Numbered from the stretch's first letter, positions 47,792 through 56,264 are shown. The stretch: 64,000 nucleotides of DNA from Thermodesulfovibrionia bacterium (GCA_919902995.1 CAKKSD010000017.1:14424-78423), one strand, 5' to 3'. Program-made: numbers and translations. The notes: generated from the letters alone by a model not told the origin.

Positions 47792-48776
47792 TCATTATCT
47801 CCTTAGCAATACTTCTTCCTGCTTCGAAGGCCTTTCTTATCTTTTTGGGGTTGAATTCAAGGCTGTCCATATACTCTTTGTCGGGTTCAAAGAGAGTAAT
47901 CTTTACCGATGCCTGCTTCTTTCTTTTATATCGGAATTCGAGGCCTTCAAAGATTCTTTCGACTTCGTCTATGTCATATCTCTTGTAGAGTCTTCTCCTT
48001 AAGGTCTCAAGTTTTTCAATATATTCATTTAACTCCTCGGCGTGTTTTATATCGTCTACATAGATCTCAGAAGTGAGAATCTCGATAGATCGTTTTAGTG
48101 TCTCTAAGATGTTGTTTGTCTCAGAACTTTTTATTTTCTTTATTTTCAGTGGTGAAGAAAGGACGATGTAGATCTCATCTCTTTCTGAACGATGAACTAT
48201 ATGTGAACTTTTCTCTCCCAATTTTCTTAGTGCCCTGAAGGCGTCAGCAAGTGGTGTGATCTCCCTCACACCACCATCAACAAAGAGCTGTTTTTTGATC
48301 TTAACAGGAGGGAAGAAGAAAGGTATAGAGGCGCTTGCAAGGATAAAATCCCTGATCATAGGACTTTTTTGATCGATAGGAATATATTCCCCAGTGTTTA
48401 AAGAGACAACTCCGGTCCTGAATTCCTTCCCTGACGATGCAATTTCTGAAGGTCTTATATTCTTGTTTATCTTGTCTTTAAGCGGAGAACCATTGTAACG
48501 GCTTACTATACGGAGAAAATCGACTTTAGGTGTCTTTTTGTATATATCTTTTTCTGAATTTATGCTGAACCATATCTCCTTAAGTTTTTCGAGTTTTTCT
48601 TTTAAGCCGTCATATCCTTTACTCTGAGAAAGCAGGGAGGCATTTAATGCACCTGTTGATACACCGCATAGGACCTGAAAATCCATCTTCAGGTCATTTA
48701 TGAGATAGTCCACTACCCCGAGTTCAAAAGAACCCTTCGCCCCACCACCGCTTAAAACAAGAGCTCTGTTGATCAT
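47781..48776 (-). CDS. Patatin-like phospholipase
   Basis: Oxyanion LSGGGAKGSFELG, nucleophile GVSTGA and catalytic Asp VDGGV. Its stop overlaps the ubiD start by 11 nt. Confidence 0.88.
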   Translation of the reverse strand: MINRALVLSGGGAKGSFELGVVDYLINDLKMDFQVLCGVSTGALNASLLSQSKGYDGLKEKLEKLKEIWFSINSEKDIYKKTPKVDFLRIVSRYNGSPLKDKINKNIRPSEIASSGKEFRTGVVSLNTGEYIPIDQKSPMIRDFILASASIPFFFPPVKIKKQLFVDGGVREITPLADAFRALRKLGEKSSHIVHRSERDEIYIVLSSPLKIKKIKSSETNNILETLKRSIEILTSEIYVDDIKHAEELNEYIEKLETLRRRLYKRYDIDEVERIFEGLEFRYKRKKQASVKITLFEPDKEYMDSLEFNPKKIRKAFEAGRSIAKEIMSGI

Positions 48777-49000
48777 AGCTTCATTACCCTGTCAATCATA
48801 GGCTTGAAAGGTTTTGGCTCGTGGTTTATGAATTCATTGAACTCGGTTAGAAAGGTAATCAAACGGTTCAAATCTACCTTTCCATTCACGATTACAGGAT
48901 TATGCCTGTTATCCCTTAAGTACTTCATATCCTTCCTCATGGAAGAAGATTTTGCCAGTCTCAGTAATTCTTCCCTTTCTTTTTTACTAAGCAATGCCAT
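48773..49000 (-). CDS. Small hypothetical protein (75 aa), translationally coupled between the NTase and patatin genes
   Basis: It overlaps both neighbours (14 nt and 4 nt). It is charged and helical, with no motif recognised. Confidence 0.55.
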   Translation of the reverse strand: MALLSKKEREELLRLAKSSSMRKDMKYLRDNRHNPVIVNGKVDLNRLITFLTEFNEFINHEPKPFKPMIDRVMKL

Positions 49001-49532
49001 ATCTTTCCTTAAGTTCCCTTAATAGCTCTTCAAAATCGAATAATTTGAAATAATCTTCAATTAATGACCAGTCAAGACTGTCTTTAAATCTTTCCATTAA
49101 AGACTCGATATCAGCAATATCCATATTTTTTCTACTTTCATTGTTTGCGATTGCCTGAATCTTAAAACCTATTAGATCTTCGGGTTTTAATACCCTGACA
49201 GTTATTCCATCTAAAACATCCTTATCCTCTGCCCTCTGGAACATGCCTAAGGAAGCATCCCTGAAGGCATGTATAAAATCTACTTCGCCAAAGATCTTAA
49301 GCGGCGATATATACTGCGAAACATTTTCGGTCTTATAGTGGCATTCGTATCCCATATCTGTCATAATCCTTTGCACCTTTTCTATATCATCTCTCTGGAC
49401 AAGGAAATCTATGTCAACGGTTGCCCTCGGTATACCCCATGCCCCGAGGGCAACAGCACCCATCATGGCATAGCGGATATCAGCCTCTTTAAAGGCTGTT
49501 AAGATTTTCTCAAGGACAAGTTTGAAATCCAT
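48987..49532 (-). CDS. Minimal nucleotidyltransferase-fold protein (AbiEii/MNT-like N-terminal motif)
   Basis: 181 aa with GAVALGAWGIPRATVDIDFLV (G[SA]-x9-11-DxD pol-beta-like NTase signature). It starts 13 nt from the tRNA-Thr 3' end, and no SD is visible. Confidence 0.65.
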   Translation of the reverse strand: MDFKLVLEKILTAFKEADIRYAMMGAVALGAWGIPRATVDIDFLVQRDDIEKVQRIMTDMGYECHYKTENVSQYISPLKIFGEVDFIHAFRDASLGMFQRAEDKDVLDGITVRVLKPEDLIGFKIQAIANNESRKNMDIADIESLMERFKDSLDWSLIEDYFKLFDFEELLRELKERYGIA

Positions 49533-49545
49533 AATAAAAAATTAA

Positions 49546-49620
49546 TGGAGCCGGCGAGTGGATTCGAACCACCGACCAGCTGATTACGAATCAGCTGCTC
49601 TACCTCTGAGCTACGCCGGC
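49546..49620 (-). tRNA. tRNA-Thr (anticodon CGT), CCA encoded
   Basis: Manual cloverleaf: acceptor GCCGGCG/CGCCGGC, anticodon arm GCTGA-TTCGTAA-TCAGC, T arm GGTGG-TTCGAAT-CCACT. Confidence 0.9.
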
Positions 49621-50819
49621 CCATGGGTCGTAGACCTGAGTTTTCTTAATGATTCTTCAATCCTGTTGAGACCCTTTTCTATATTTTCCATCGAAGTAGC
49701 ATAGGAGAGCCGGATATATTCATCCGCACCGAATGGGTCTCCAGGGACGATAGCAACTTTTGCTTCCTCAAGTAAATATCCTGCCATATCATAGGAATCC
49801 TTTATAACCTTTCCATCGAAATTCTTTCCATAGAAAGAAGATACATTAGGAAAGGCATAGAAGGCACCTCTGGGCATTATACAGGAGACCCCTTCCATCC
49901 TGTTAAGCCTCTTAACCATATATTTTCTTCTCCTGTCAAACTCCTCCACCATTTTCTTCACAGAATCCTGCGGTCCTCTCAGGGCCTCGATTGCTGCCTT
50001 CTGGGAAACAGATGCTGGGTTTGAAGTTGACTGGCTCTGAATGTTCGACATAGCAGAGATAATTTCCTTTGGACCTGCTGTATATCCTATCCGCCACCCA
50101 GTCATCGAGTATGCCTTAGAGACTCCATTTGCTACAAGAGTGATTGCCTTTATCTCTTTCCCGAGGGAAGCGATGCTTATATGTTCGAATCCATCGTAGA
50201 TTATCTTTTCGTATATCTCGTCAGAGATGATGTATATCTTATGTCTTACTGCTATCTCTGCTATCGACTCAAGACTTTTCTTATCATAGGCCATACCTGT
50301 TGGGTTAGAAGGGCTGTTGAGGATGATGGCCCTTGTCTTTGGGGTAATCTTTTCCTTGAGACCCTCAGGGGTTAGCAGGAAGTCATTACCTGTTTTTACA
50401 ATAACAGGTGTTGCATCATTGAGGATCACCTGATCTGGGTAGGAGACCCAGTAAGGAGCAGGTATTAAGATTTCATCACCGGGATTAAAGATCGCCTGTG
50501 CTATATTGTAAAGGCTGTGTTTTGCCCCACAGGATACGATTATCTCCGAGCGATCATAGTTAAGGTCGTTATCTTTTTTGAACTTTTCTATAATAGCATC
50601 CTTAAGCTCATCTATACCTGAGACAGCTGTATACTTTGTGAATCCATCCCTGATAGCCTTTATAGCGGTCTCTTTTATGTTATCTGGTGTATTAAAATCT
50701 GGTTCCCCTATACCGAAGCCGATTATATCTATCCCCTGAGATTTGAGTGCCCTTGCCTTGGCGTCAATTTCGAGGGTAGGGGATGGTTTTATTCCAGAAA
50801 CCCTTTTTGATAAGCTCAT
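49611..50819 (-). CDS. aspC: Aspartate/aromatic aminotransferase (class I PLP)
   Basis: 402 aa with NPSNPTG and SKAYSMTGWRIGY (PLP Lys). The last 3 codons and the stop overlap the 5' end of tRNA-Thr. Confidence 0.92.
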   Translation of the reverse strand: MSLSKRVSGIKPSPTLEIDAKARALKSQGIDIIGFGIGEPDFNTPDNIKETAIKAIRDGFTKYTAVSGIDELKDAIIEKFKKDNDLNYDRSEIIVSCGAKHSLYNIAQAIFNPGDEILIPAPYWVSYPDQVILNDATPVIVKTGNDFLLTPEGLKEKITPKTRAIILNSPSNPTGMAYDKKSLESIAEIAVRHKIYIISDEIYEKIIYDGFEHISIASLGKEIKAITLVANGVSKAYSMTGWRIGYTAGPKEIISAMSNIQSQSTSNPASVSQKAAIEALRGPQDSVKKMVEEFDRRRKYMVKRLNRMEGVSCIMPRGAFYAFPNVSSFYGKNFDGKVIKDSYDMAGYLLEEAKVAIVPGDPFGADEYIRLSYATSMENIEKGLNRIEESLRKLRSTTHGPA

Positions 50820-50990
50820 TTTATCTCCTGTTAGTAATACTAAACCTTACGAATAGTGTCTTTATCATTCAAATTTTTAAATAGGCCTTATGATTTCTTG
50901 CTGATTATACCAAATACATGGTAATGTGTAAATTGTTATATCTTGCTATAGGTATCAAAAATTAGGGGAACATAGAGCATAAGCACCTCC

Positions 50991-51058
50991 CTACTTGTTC
51001 CTCACTGCCTGCTTATAGGTCAGCAAAGGCTCAGAGAAGATCCGACTCTCCTGCCAAT
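50991..51058 (-). pseudogene. Fragment homologous to the middle of the 51864..52088 small-protein gene
   Basis: ctgcctgcttataggtcagcaaaggctcagagaagatccgactctcctgcc versus ctgcctgtttataggtcatcaaaggctcagagaagaccgtgctctcctggcc at 51939..51989. Confidence 0.55.
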
Positions 51059-51097
51059 GTATAAGTTAACTAATTGAGCATTGAGCGTATAAAACTG

Positions 51098-51139
51098 TTG
51101 ACAACAAATTATATTATATGTAGAATATGATTATCATAT
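51098..51139 (+). promoter_or_regulatory. Sigma-70 promoter (TTGACA-17-TAGAAT) with an overlapping palindromic operator candidate
   Basis: ttgaca at 51098..51103 and tagaat at 51121..51126. The palindrome atatgattatcatat (51125..51139) lies 19 nt upstream of the antitoxin ATG. Confidence 0.55.
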
Positions 51140-51157
51140 TTTATATAAGGAGAAACA

Positions 51158-51439
51158 ATGGGGAAACAGGTCAGTGCAACAGAGGCTGTCAGGAAGTTTT
51201 CTGAGATCCTTAATTCGATAAAATATAGGGGAGATCACTACACAATTATAAGGGGCGGCAAGCCCGTGGCTTCCATCTCGCCTGTAGAGACAGAAACCAG
51301 CGGAAGAACGCTTGGCGACCTGAAAGAGTTGTTAAAAAAACTTCCAAGCCTCGGAGATGAATCTAAAAGATTTGAAAAGGATTTAAAAGAGATAAGAAGA
51401 CAACAGCCTTCTATGCCCGGGAAAGATAAATGGGCTTGA
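51158..51439 (+). CDS. Phd/YefM-type antitoxin
   Basis: 93 aa. The N-terminal VSATEAVRKFSEILNSI...YTIIRGGKPVA motif is typical of Phd/YefM. It overlaps the downstream PIN gene by 10 nt. Confidence 0.75.
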   Translation: MGKQVSATEAVRKFSEILNSIKYRGDHYTIIRGGKPVASISPVETETSGRTLGDLKELLKKLPSLGDESKRFEKDLKEIRRQQPSMPGKDKWA

Positions 51440-51837
51440 TATTTGATACAAGCGTTCTCATAGCAATAGAACGAATATCTTCAAATATTGAAGGTTTTAT
51501 TAAGGAGCGTGAAGGTGAACCATTTGGTATAAGTGTGATTTCAGTTTCTGAGCTTCTACATGGTGTGCATAGGGCTGACACAGAAAAAAGGAGACTTAAA
51601 AGGGAATCTTATATAGAAAGGATTATAGAAACTTTTCCTATCTATTCTTTCGATCTCAATGCCTCAAGAATTTATGCAAGAATCTGGGCGACTCTCGCAA
51701 AAAAGGGGATCACTATAGGCGCTCATGACCTTATGATTGCCTCTACGGCTATCTCATTGGGCTTTGCCGTTCTTACATCTGATATAAGGGATTACGAAAA
51801 GATCAAGGGACTTAAGGTAGAGCAGTTTGCTGCATAA
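51430..51837 (+). CDS. vapC: PIN-domain toxin (VapC family)
   Basis: 135 aa: IFDTSVLI ... SVISVSEL ... AHDLMIAST ... TSDIRDY. Confidence 0.85.
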   Translation: MGLIFDTSVLIAIERISSNIEGFIKEREGEPFGISVISVSELLHGVHRADTEKRRLKRESYIERIIETFPIYSFDLNASRIYARIWATLAKKGITIGAHDLMIASTAISLGFAVLTSDIRDYEKIKGLKVEQFAA

Positions 51838-51863
51838 AATTAATAAAGATACACCCTCCTCTA

Positions 51864-52088
51864 TTATTTCTTTTTTGTATTCCTCTCAATATCCTTAAGC
51901 AGTCTGATTATATCCTCGTTCTGCTTAATAATTCTTTCTGCCTGTTTATAGGTCATCAAAGGCTCAGAGAAGACCGTGCTCTCCTGGCCTAATGGATTAG
52001 TCCTAACGATCATAATTGAAGGGGTATCACCAGAAACAGTAACTGCCATAAGTATAATTACTAAAACAAGAAAAATGATTATCCTCAT
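51864..52088 (-). CDS. Small secreted/membrane-anchored protein (74 aa)
   Basis: The ATG at 52088 is followed by an N-terminal hydrophobic signal (MRIIIFLVLVIILMAVTVSG). Partial copies of the gene lie at 50991..51058 and 53685..53750. Confidence 0.5.
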   Translation of the reverse strand: MRIIIFLVLVIILMAVTVSGDTPSIMIVRTNPLGQESTVFSEPLMTYKQAERIIKQNEDIIRLLKDIERNTKKK

Positions 52089-52113
52089 AGAGACCTCATA
52101 TAACGTAAAGGAA

Positions 52114-52785
52114 CTACTTTCCTTGGTATAAAACGTGAAATCTACGAGTTGCAAAATCATATTCAACTCCAAGGTTTTTAAATAGTGGCTTGTATAATCC
52201 CTTCTCCATAGCTTTAAGGACTGCAAATGGCCTCGCACTACTAATGCGTCCCATTCTGAAAATGCCCTTTTCCTGAAATTTTAATAACAGAACTAAAATA
52301 AATACTGTAGAATCGATCCAGTCGACAATCTTCGAAAAACCTATTACTCCTAAAGCATTTGTTGCTTTACGAAACGAAGATATTTTTTCACCAATATCAC
52401 ACGCATCAAGAATAAAAATTGTGCTATTCAATACATTCGAAATCTTACGCATTTCTCGACTGATGTTAATCTCGCCATCAATTGCAGTGAGTATTCTTCG
52501 ATGTTTCCTTTTATTTGCTTTTCTAATAAATTCATGCTTACCATGGGCGCTGAGAACAATAATATTTGGCCCCTTTTTATTGGCAGGAAGTAATACAAAC
52601 TGTTTGATATCTCTAATATATCTTGAGGCTAACAATGGTCTTTGAATAATATTTATCGGATCTTCATGTATATATAGGAGCGTCTCCAAAGATTGGTAAA
52701 TTTTTGCAGTTGATCTTGAATCACTAATATATTCTTTTTCGTCAGCCCAAGTAGATTCAAGAATTAATAACTTTTCAAATGCCAT
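52114..52785 (-). CDS. Minimal CHAT/caspase-like (clan CD) domain protein, tentative
   Basis: 223 aa. A beta-strand then His (NIIVLSAHGKH) and a beta-strand then Cys (TIFILDACDIGE) are spaced about 52 aa apart, followed by GVIGFSKIVDWIDS, mirroring the CHAT pattern HxxHG ... LSACxTG ... vigSLWxVxD. Confidence 0.45.
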   Translation of the reverse strand: MAFEKLLILESTWADEKEYISDSRSTAKIYQSLETLLYIHEDPINIIQRPLLASRYIRDIKQFVLLPANKKGPNIIVLSAHGKHEFIRKANKRKHRRILTAIDGEINISREMRKISNVLNSTIFILDACDIGEKISSFRKATNALGVIGFSKIVDWIDSTVFILVLLLKFQEKGIFRMGRISSARPFAVLKAMEKGLYKPLFKNLGVEYDFATRRFHVLYQGK

Positions 52786-52839
52786 ATTTCTTCGTATAGA
52801 AGTTTTTAATCTATTTTATATTTTAAAGAAGGTTTACTT

Positions 52840-53131
52840 GAGGCTACCACTATCGTTAGTTCAAAAGAATTTAATGCGTCCATTCTTATGCTCTGCTAAA
52901 TTAATCCCCTTACTGTCTTTTACTATAAACTGTGTTTTTCCAAAATATTTTTTCTGTCCTATCTGCTTTAAAAATTCCCTTTTCTCTTTATCTGAAATAG
53001 ACCTCTATGAATCATCAACATTGCAATATAAAACGCCATTTTCCACAGTCATTCTGTATTTCACTTCCAAAAGTTCTTCATTGAACAATGAAGAAGTAAT
53101 AGGTGATTGTATCCTCACTTTCATAGGCTAA
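52840..53131 (-). pseudogene. Truncated duplicate of an internal part of the 54274..55848 gene, with an in-frame stop
   Basis: About 230 nt are near-identical to 54600..54830 (ataaactgtgtttttccaaaatatt...ctgtcctatctgctttaaaaattcccttttctct...). The minus-strand reading gives ...LYCNVDDS*RSISDKEKREFLKQIGQKKYFGKTQFI... versus the intact ...LYSNVDDSWKSISDQEKREFLKQIGQKKYFGKTQFI.... Confidence 0.8.
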
Positions 53132-53139
53132 AAGAGAAA

Positions 53140-53607
53140 TTATTTTCTCAGCCTTAGCCTTAATATCTTTAGTAACTCTTTTTTCAACTCGCTCTCCGAT
53201 ATGCCCCACTTCCTGGCCATTCTTACCACTATATCCTTCTTCTTCTCAGCTAACATTATTCTCCTCTCTGCATCCCTAATCCTCTCCTTCTGATCCTCTA
53301 TCGTTTGCTCATCTACACCTCTACCTCTTATCTCCGCATTCTCTTTAACACTTCTTATTAATTCCTCACGCATCCTCTTCTGCTCTAACCAACGCCCTAA
53401 TTCGCGAATCCTGACCTTATAGGCATTGGCCAGCTTAATTCTCGCTTCTCCCTTAGTTCCATAAACCATATTTTCCTTTCTCAACGGAATTTCCAGGGAT
53501 TGCTCAAATTGCTTCAGCTCCCTCTTCTCCTCGGCTGTAAGGCTAACACCGCAACCCATAATCAATACTAATACTATCATCACTACCAGCCTTTTCCATA
53601 ATCTCAT
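53140..53607 (-). CDS. Coiled-coil lipoprotein
   Basis: The ATG at 53607 has a strong RBS (agggaggtg), a signal peptide plus lipobox (LIMGC), and charged heptad-rich remainder. Confidence 0.65.
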   Translation of the reverse strand: MRLWKRLVVMIVLVLIMGCGVSLTAEEKRELKQFEQSLEIPLRKENMVYGTKGEARIKLANAYKVRIRELGRWLEQKRMREELIRSVKENAEIRGRGVDEQTIEDQKERIRDAERRIMLAEKKKDIVVRMARKWGISESELKKELLKILRLRLRK

Positions 53608-53684
53608 TTTTCTTTCACCTCCCTTTTTAAGGTGAGAGAATAACTCCATATAGTCTTTTGATATCAATTTCTTTCTCCTATAAC

Positions 53685-53750
53685 TCTCAATATCCTTAAG
53701 CAGTCTGATTATTCCCTCGTTCTACTTAATGATTCTTCCTGTCTGCTTTC
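53685..53750 (-). pseudogene. Fragment homologous to the 3' end of the 51864..52088 small-protein gene
   Basis: ctctcaatatccttaagcagtctgattat(t/a)(c/t)cctcgttct(a/g)cttaat is shared with 51884..51935. Confidence 0.6.
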
Positions 53751-53774
53751 GAGCAAAGCGATGCAAGCGCTCCG

Positions 53775-54272
53775 TTAATAATTATCTTTAATACCGAATA
53801 TTATCAAAGCACAAACAGGTACTGGTATAGAGCCATTAATGATCCATGTATTTTTCAGAGTAGTCTTTGATTTAAGCTTCCATTCTTTACCGTCAAAAAC
53901 CCATGTATTAGATAACCTTGCTTTAGATTTTGGTTTCAGTTCCCTTCCATCCCATGTATAGGTGTTTGAAAGGGTTGCCCCTGACTTCGGTTTTAGTTCT
54001 TTACCATCCCAGACATAGGTATTTTTAAGAGTAGCCCCAGCCTTCGGTTTCAATTCCCTTCCATCGAATACCCAGGTATCCCCAAGCCTCCCACCGGCTT
54101 TTGGCTTTATCGCTTTCCCATCCCATATGTATGTATTTGAAAGAGAGGCACCAGCTTTTAACTTGATTTCCCCTATTGTAGATGCTAAAAGAGTTATTGG
54201 GGCAAGGGTAAAAAGTGTAAAAAAGATATTAAATATCTTCACGCCATTTACTAATTTTTTTATCTCTTCCAA
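53775..54272 (-). CDS. Secreted tandem-repeat protein (six 16-residue repeats)
   Basis: Repeat consensus G-A-T-L-x-N-T-[YW]-[VI]-[WF]-D-G-[KR]-E-[LW]-K-P-K, a 48-nt DNA period across about 53830..54150. The N-terminus is hydrophobic. The start is uncertain (TTG at 54272, 1 nt after the upstream stop). Confidence 0.6.
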   Translation of the reverse strand: MEEIKKLVNGVKIFNIFFTLFTLAPITLLASTIGEIKLKAGASLSNTYIWDGKAIKPKAGGRLGDTWVFDGRELKPKAGATLKNTYVWDGKELKPKSGATLSNTYTWDGRELKPKSKARLSNTWVFDGKEWKLKSKTTLKNTWIINGSIPVPVCALIIFGIKDNY

Positions 54273-54273
54273 A

Positions 54274-55848
54274 TTATTGAACTTTTATACCAGCCTGTCT
54301 CGCTTCATTCACAATTTTTTCATATTCCCGTCTTGCTTCTTCTAGAATTTTCTCTTCTTTAACCAGAAATTCTCTAAGCGATTCCTTTCTGTCTCTTGTT
54401 TCTTGTGGATTGCTCTGAGCATTTTCTAAATGCTGTCTAAAAGTTTCTATACGGTTTTCCTGATGCTTTACACTGCCATGAGCAAATTCAATTCTGCCTT
54501 GCCAGTAGTGTTCATCTCTTATAGATGGGCGATCTTTTTGTACCGGATACTTTCTAGGAAGACTGACTTGTGATTTACCTTTATCTTTAAATCCAGAGAG
54601 TTTGATGTTTCCATTCTTATATTCTGCCATATTAGTTCCAGAACTATCCTTCAATATAAACTGTGTTTTTCCAAAATATTTCTTCTGTCCTATCTGCTTT
54701 AAAAATTCCCTTTTCTCTTGATCTGAAATAGACTTCCATGAATCATCAACATTGCTGTATAAGATACCATTTTCTATAGTCATTCTGTATTTCACTCCCA
54801 AAAGTTCTTCGTTAAATAGCAACGCAGATGGGGATGACACAGATTGTGTAGATCGTAGCGGAGTTTGTTGTACAACATTTTCTTGTAACTCTACTTTAGG
54901 ATTTTCAACGGGAATCCATTTTTGTCTAATACATTCTGATAGAATAATAGATATATTATCGGCTTTTCCAATGAACGCACTCATTTCATCTTGCATTTTA
55001 TTAGATTCGGTCTCATTTTGAGCACGTAATTGACGCGTTATATAGCCACCGGGGCCATATTTTTCAGTATGTTTTGAAAACTCCTTAAAGTTTGTAATTA
55101 TGGTGGCAGTGTCCGGATTATGAAATGGTGAAGCAAATACAATTTCATTGAAAAAAATATCTCCATATTGTTGAATTAGTTTTTTAACAGCCACATATAT
55201 CACAGCATGATAGTGCAAAAGGTGCTCAGCTGTCCTTGGCCCAATAAATTTAATATATAGACTATTTGATTCTTTATTTTTATAGCTTTCACAGTATGCA
55301 ACCTCAGCCATAAAATCATAGCCAGATTCTTTTATCACATTATTAAGTAAAGTTGTTAGCTCTTCATTGGATAGTGGTAATTTGTACGAAGCTTTTAAGT
55401 TAGATCCGGTATTAACCCTTTTTTTCATCCCAATATACGATGGAATAACTATTAATAATAATAAAACAATGAGAATTCCTACGACAATGAACCAAACCTT
55501 TACCCATTTCTTTTGTTTTAATTGAAATTGTTCTACGCTATCATAATTGCCTTTCTCCCATGCCCATTGACTTCCTTTAATGCCCAACACAATATGCATG
55601 ATAAACCCTACATAAGGGAGAAAACCTAACAATCCAATCCACACCTTGTGTCCTATAGCCCAAATCGGCCCCCAGAGGAAAGCTGCCCAGTTCCACTTTT
55701 TTAGCTCAGCAGGCAAAGAGTCGTTCACATTAACCTTACTTAAACCACTACCTAACTGTGGCATACTCGATCCCAGCATACTTCCACAATGTTTGCACTT
55801 AATTGCTTCATCCTGAATCTCTTCCTGACAAAATGGACATAGTTTCAT
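54274..55848 (-). CDS. Zinc-ribbon membrane protein, large paralog (524 aa)
   Basis: N-terminal CPFCQEEIQDEAIKCKHCGS, then 2-3 TM helices, a domain of about 300 aa with no recognised motif, and a C-terminal coiled coil. RBS aaggagg. Confidence 0.75.
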   Translation of the reverse strand: MKLCPFCQEEIQDEAIKCKHCGSMLGSSMPQLGSGLSKVNVNDSLPAELKKWNWAAFLWGPIWAIGHKVWIGLLGFLPYVGFIMHIVLGIKGSQWAWEKGNYDSVEQFQLKQKKWVKVWFIVVGILIVLLLLIVIPSYIGMKKRVNTGSNLKASYKLPLSNEELTTLLNNVIKESGYDFMAEVAYCESYKNKESNSLYIKFIGPRTAEHLLHYHAVIYVAVKKLIQQYGDIFFNEIVFASPFHNPDTATIITNFKEFSKHTEKYGPGGYITRQLRAQNETESNKMQDEMSAFIGKADNISIILSECIRQKWIPVENPKVELQENVVQQTPLRSTQSVSSPSALLFNEELLGVKYRMTIENGILYSNVDDSWKSISDQEKREFLKQIGQKKYFGKTQFILKDSSGTNMAEYKNGNIKLSGFKDKGKSQVSLPRKYPVQKDRPSIRDEHYWQGRIEFAHGSVKHQENRIETFRQHLENAQSNPQETRDRKESLREFLVKEEKILEEARREYEKIVNEARQAGIKVQ

Positions 55849-55868
55849 AACAACCTCCTTTACTTATT

Positions 55869-56246
55869 TTACTTAACCAGTTGAGACAAGCCAAATAAGA
55901 ATCCGATACTTGTTAAAATGATACCTGATATAGCCATACCCCTACCCCTTTTTTGTGTTGAAACACTAACTATACCTATAACAAGTCCTACGATACTTAC
56001 AAAAATAAGACCCCCAATTAGGTCTTGGTCCCATGGTTCTGGCTCAATAAGTAGCAAAAGGCAGATAATACCTATTATCATTGATATTATAGGCAAAGCA
56101 ATAAATCCTTCTTTTTGTTTTAGATTATGGTTGACATAAACTATCTTGGGGTCAGTTTGAGTTTGAATTGAAGTTAATATAGAACCACAATACTTACACT
56201 TAATAGCTCCATCTCGTATTTCTTCCTTACAAAATAGACAAAGCAT
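55869..56246 (-). CDS. Zinc-ribbon membrane protein, small paralog (125 aa)
   Basis: CLFCKEEIRDGAIKCKYCGS plus 3 TM helices. RBS aaggaga. Confidence 0.7.
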   Translation of the reverse strand: MLCLFCKEEIRDGAIKCKYCGSILTSIQTQTDPKIVYVNHNLKQKEGFIALPIISMIIGIICLLLLIEPEPWDQDLIGGLIFVSIVGLVIGIVSVSTQKRGRGMAISGIILTSIGFLFGLSQLVK

Positions 56247-56264
56247 ATCTTCTCCTTTTTAAGA

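Noticed and set aside
47235-48002. 255-aa plus-strand ORF
   Set aside because: It is antisense to ubiD and patatin, both of which carry clear family motifs. It is compositional read-through only.
48987-49532. Calling the 181-aa NTase a CBASS CD-NTase
   Set aside because: It is roughly half the size of known CD-NTases, and only the generic G[SA]...DxD motif is visible. The CBASS analogy is kept as a hypothesis only.
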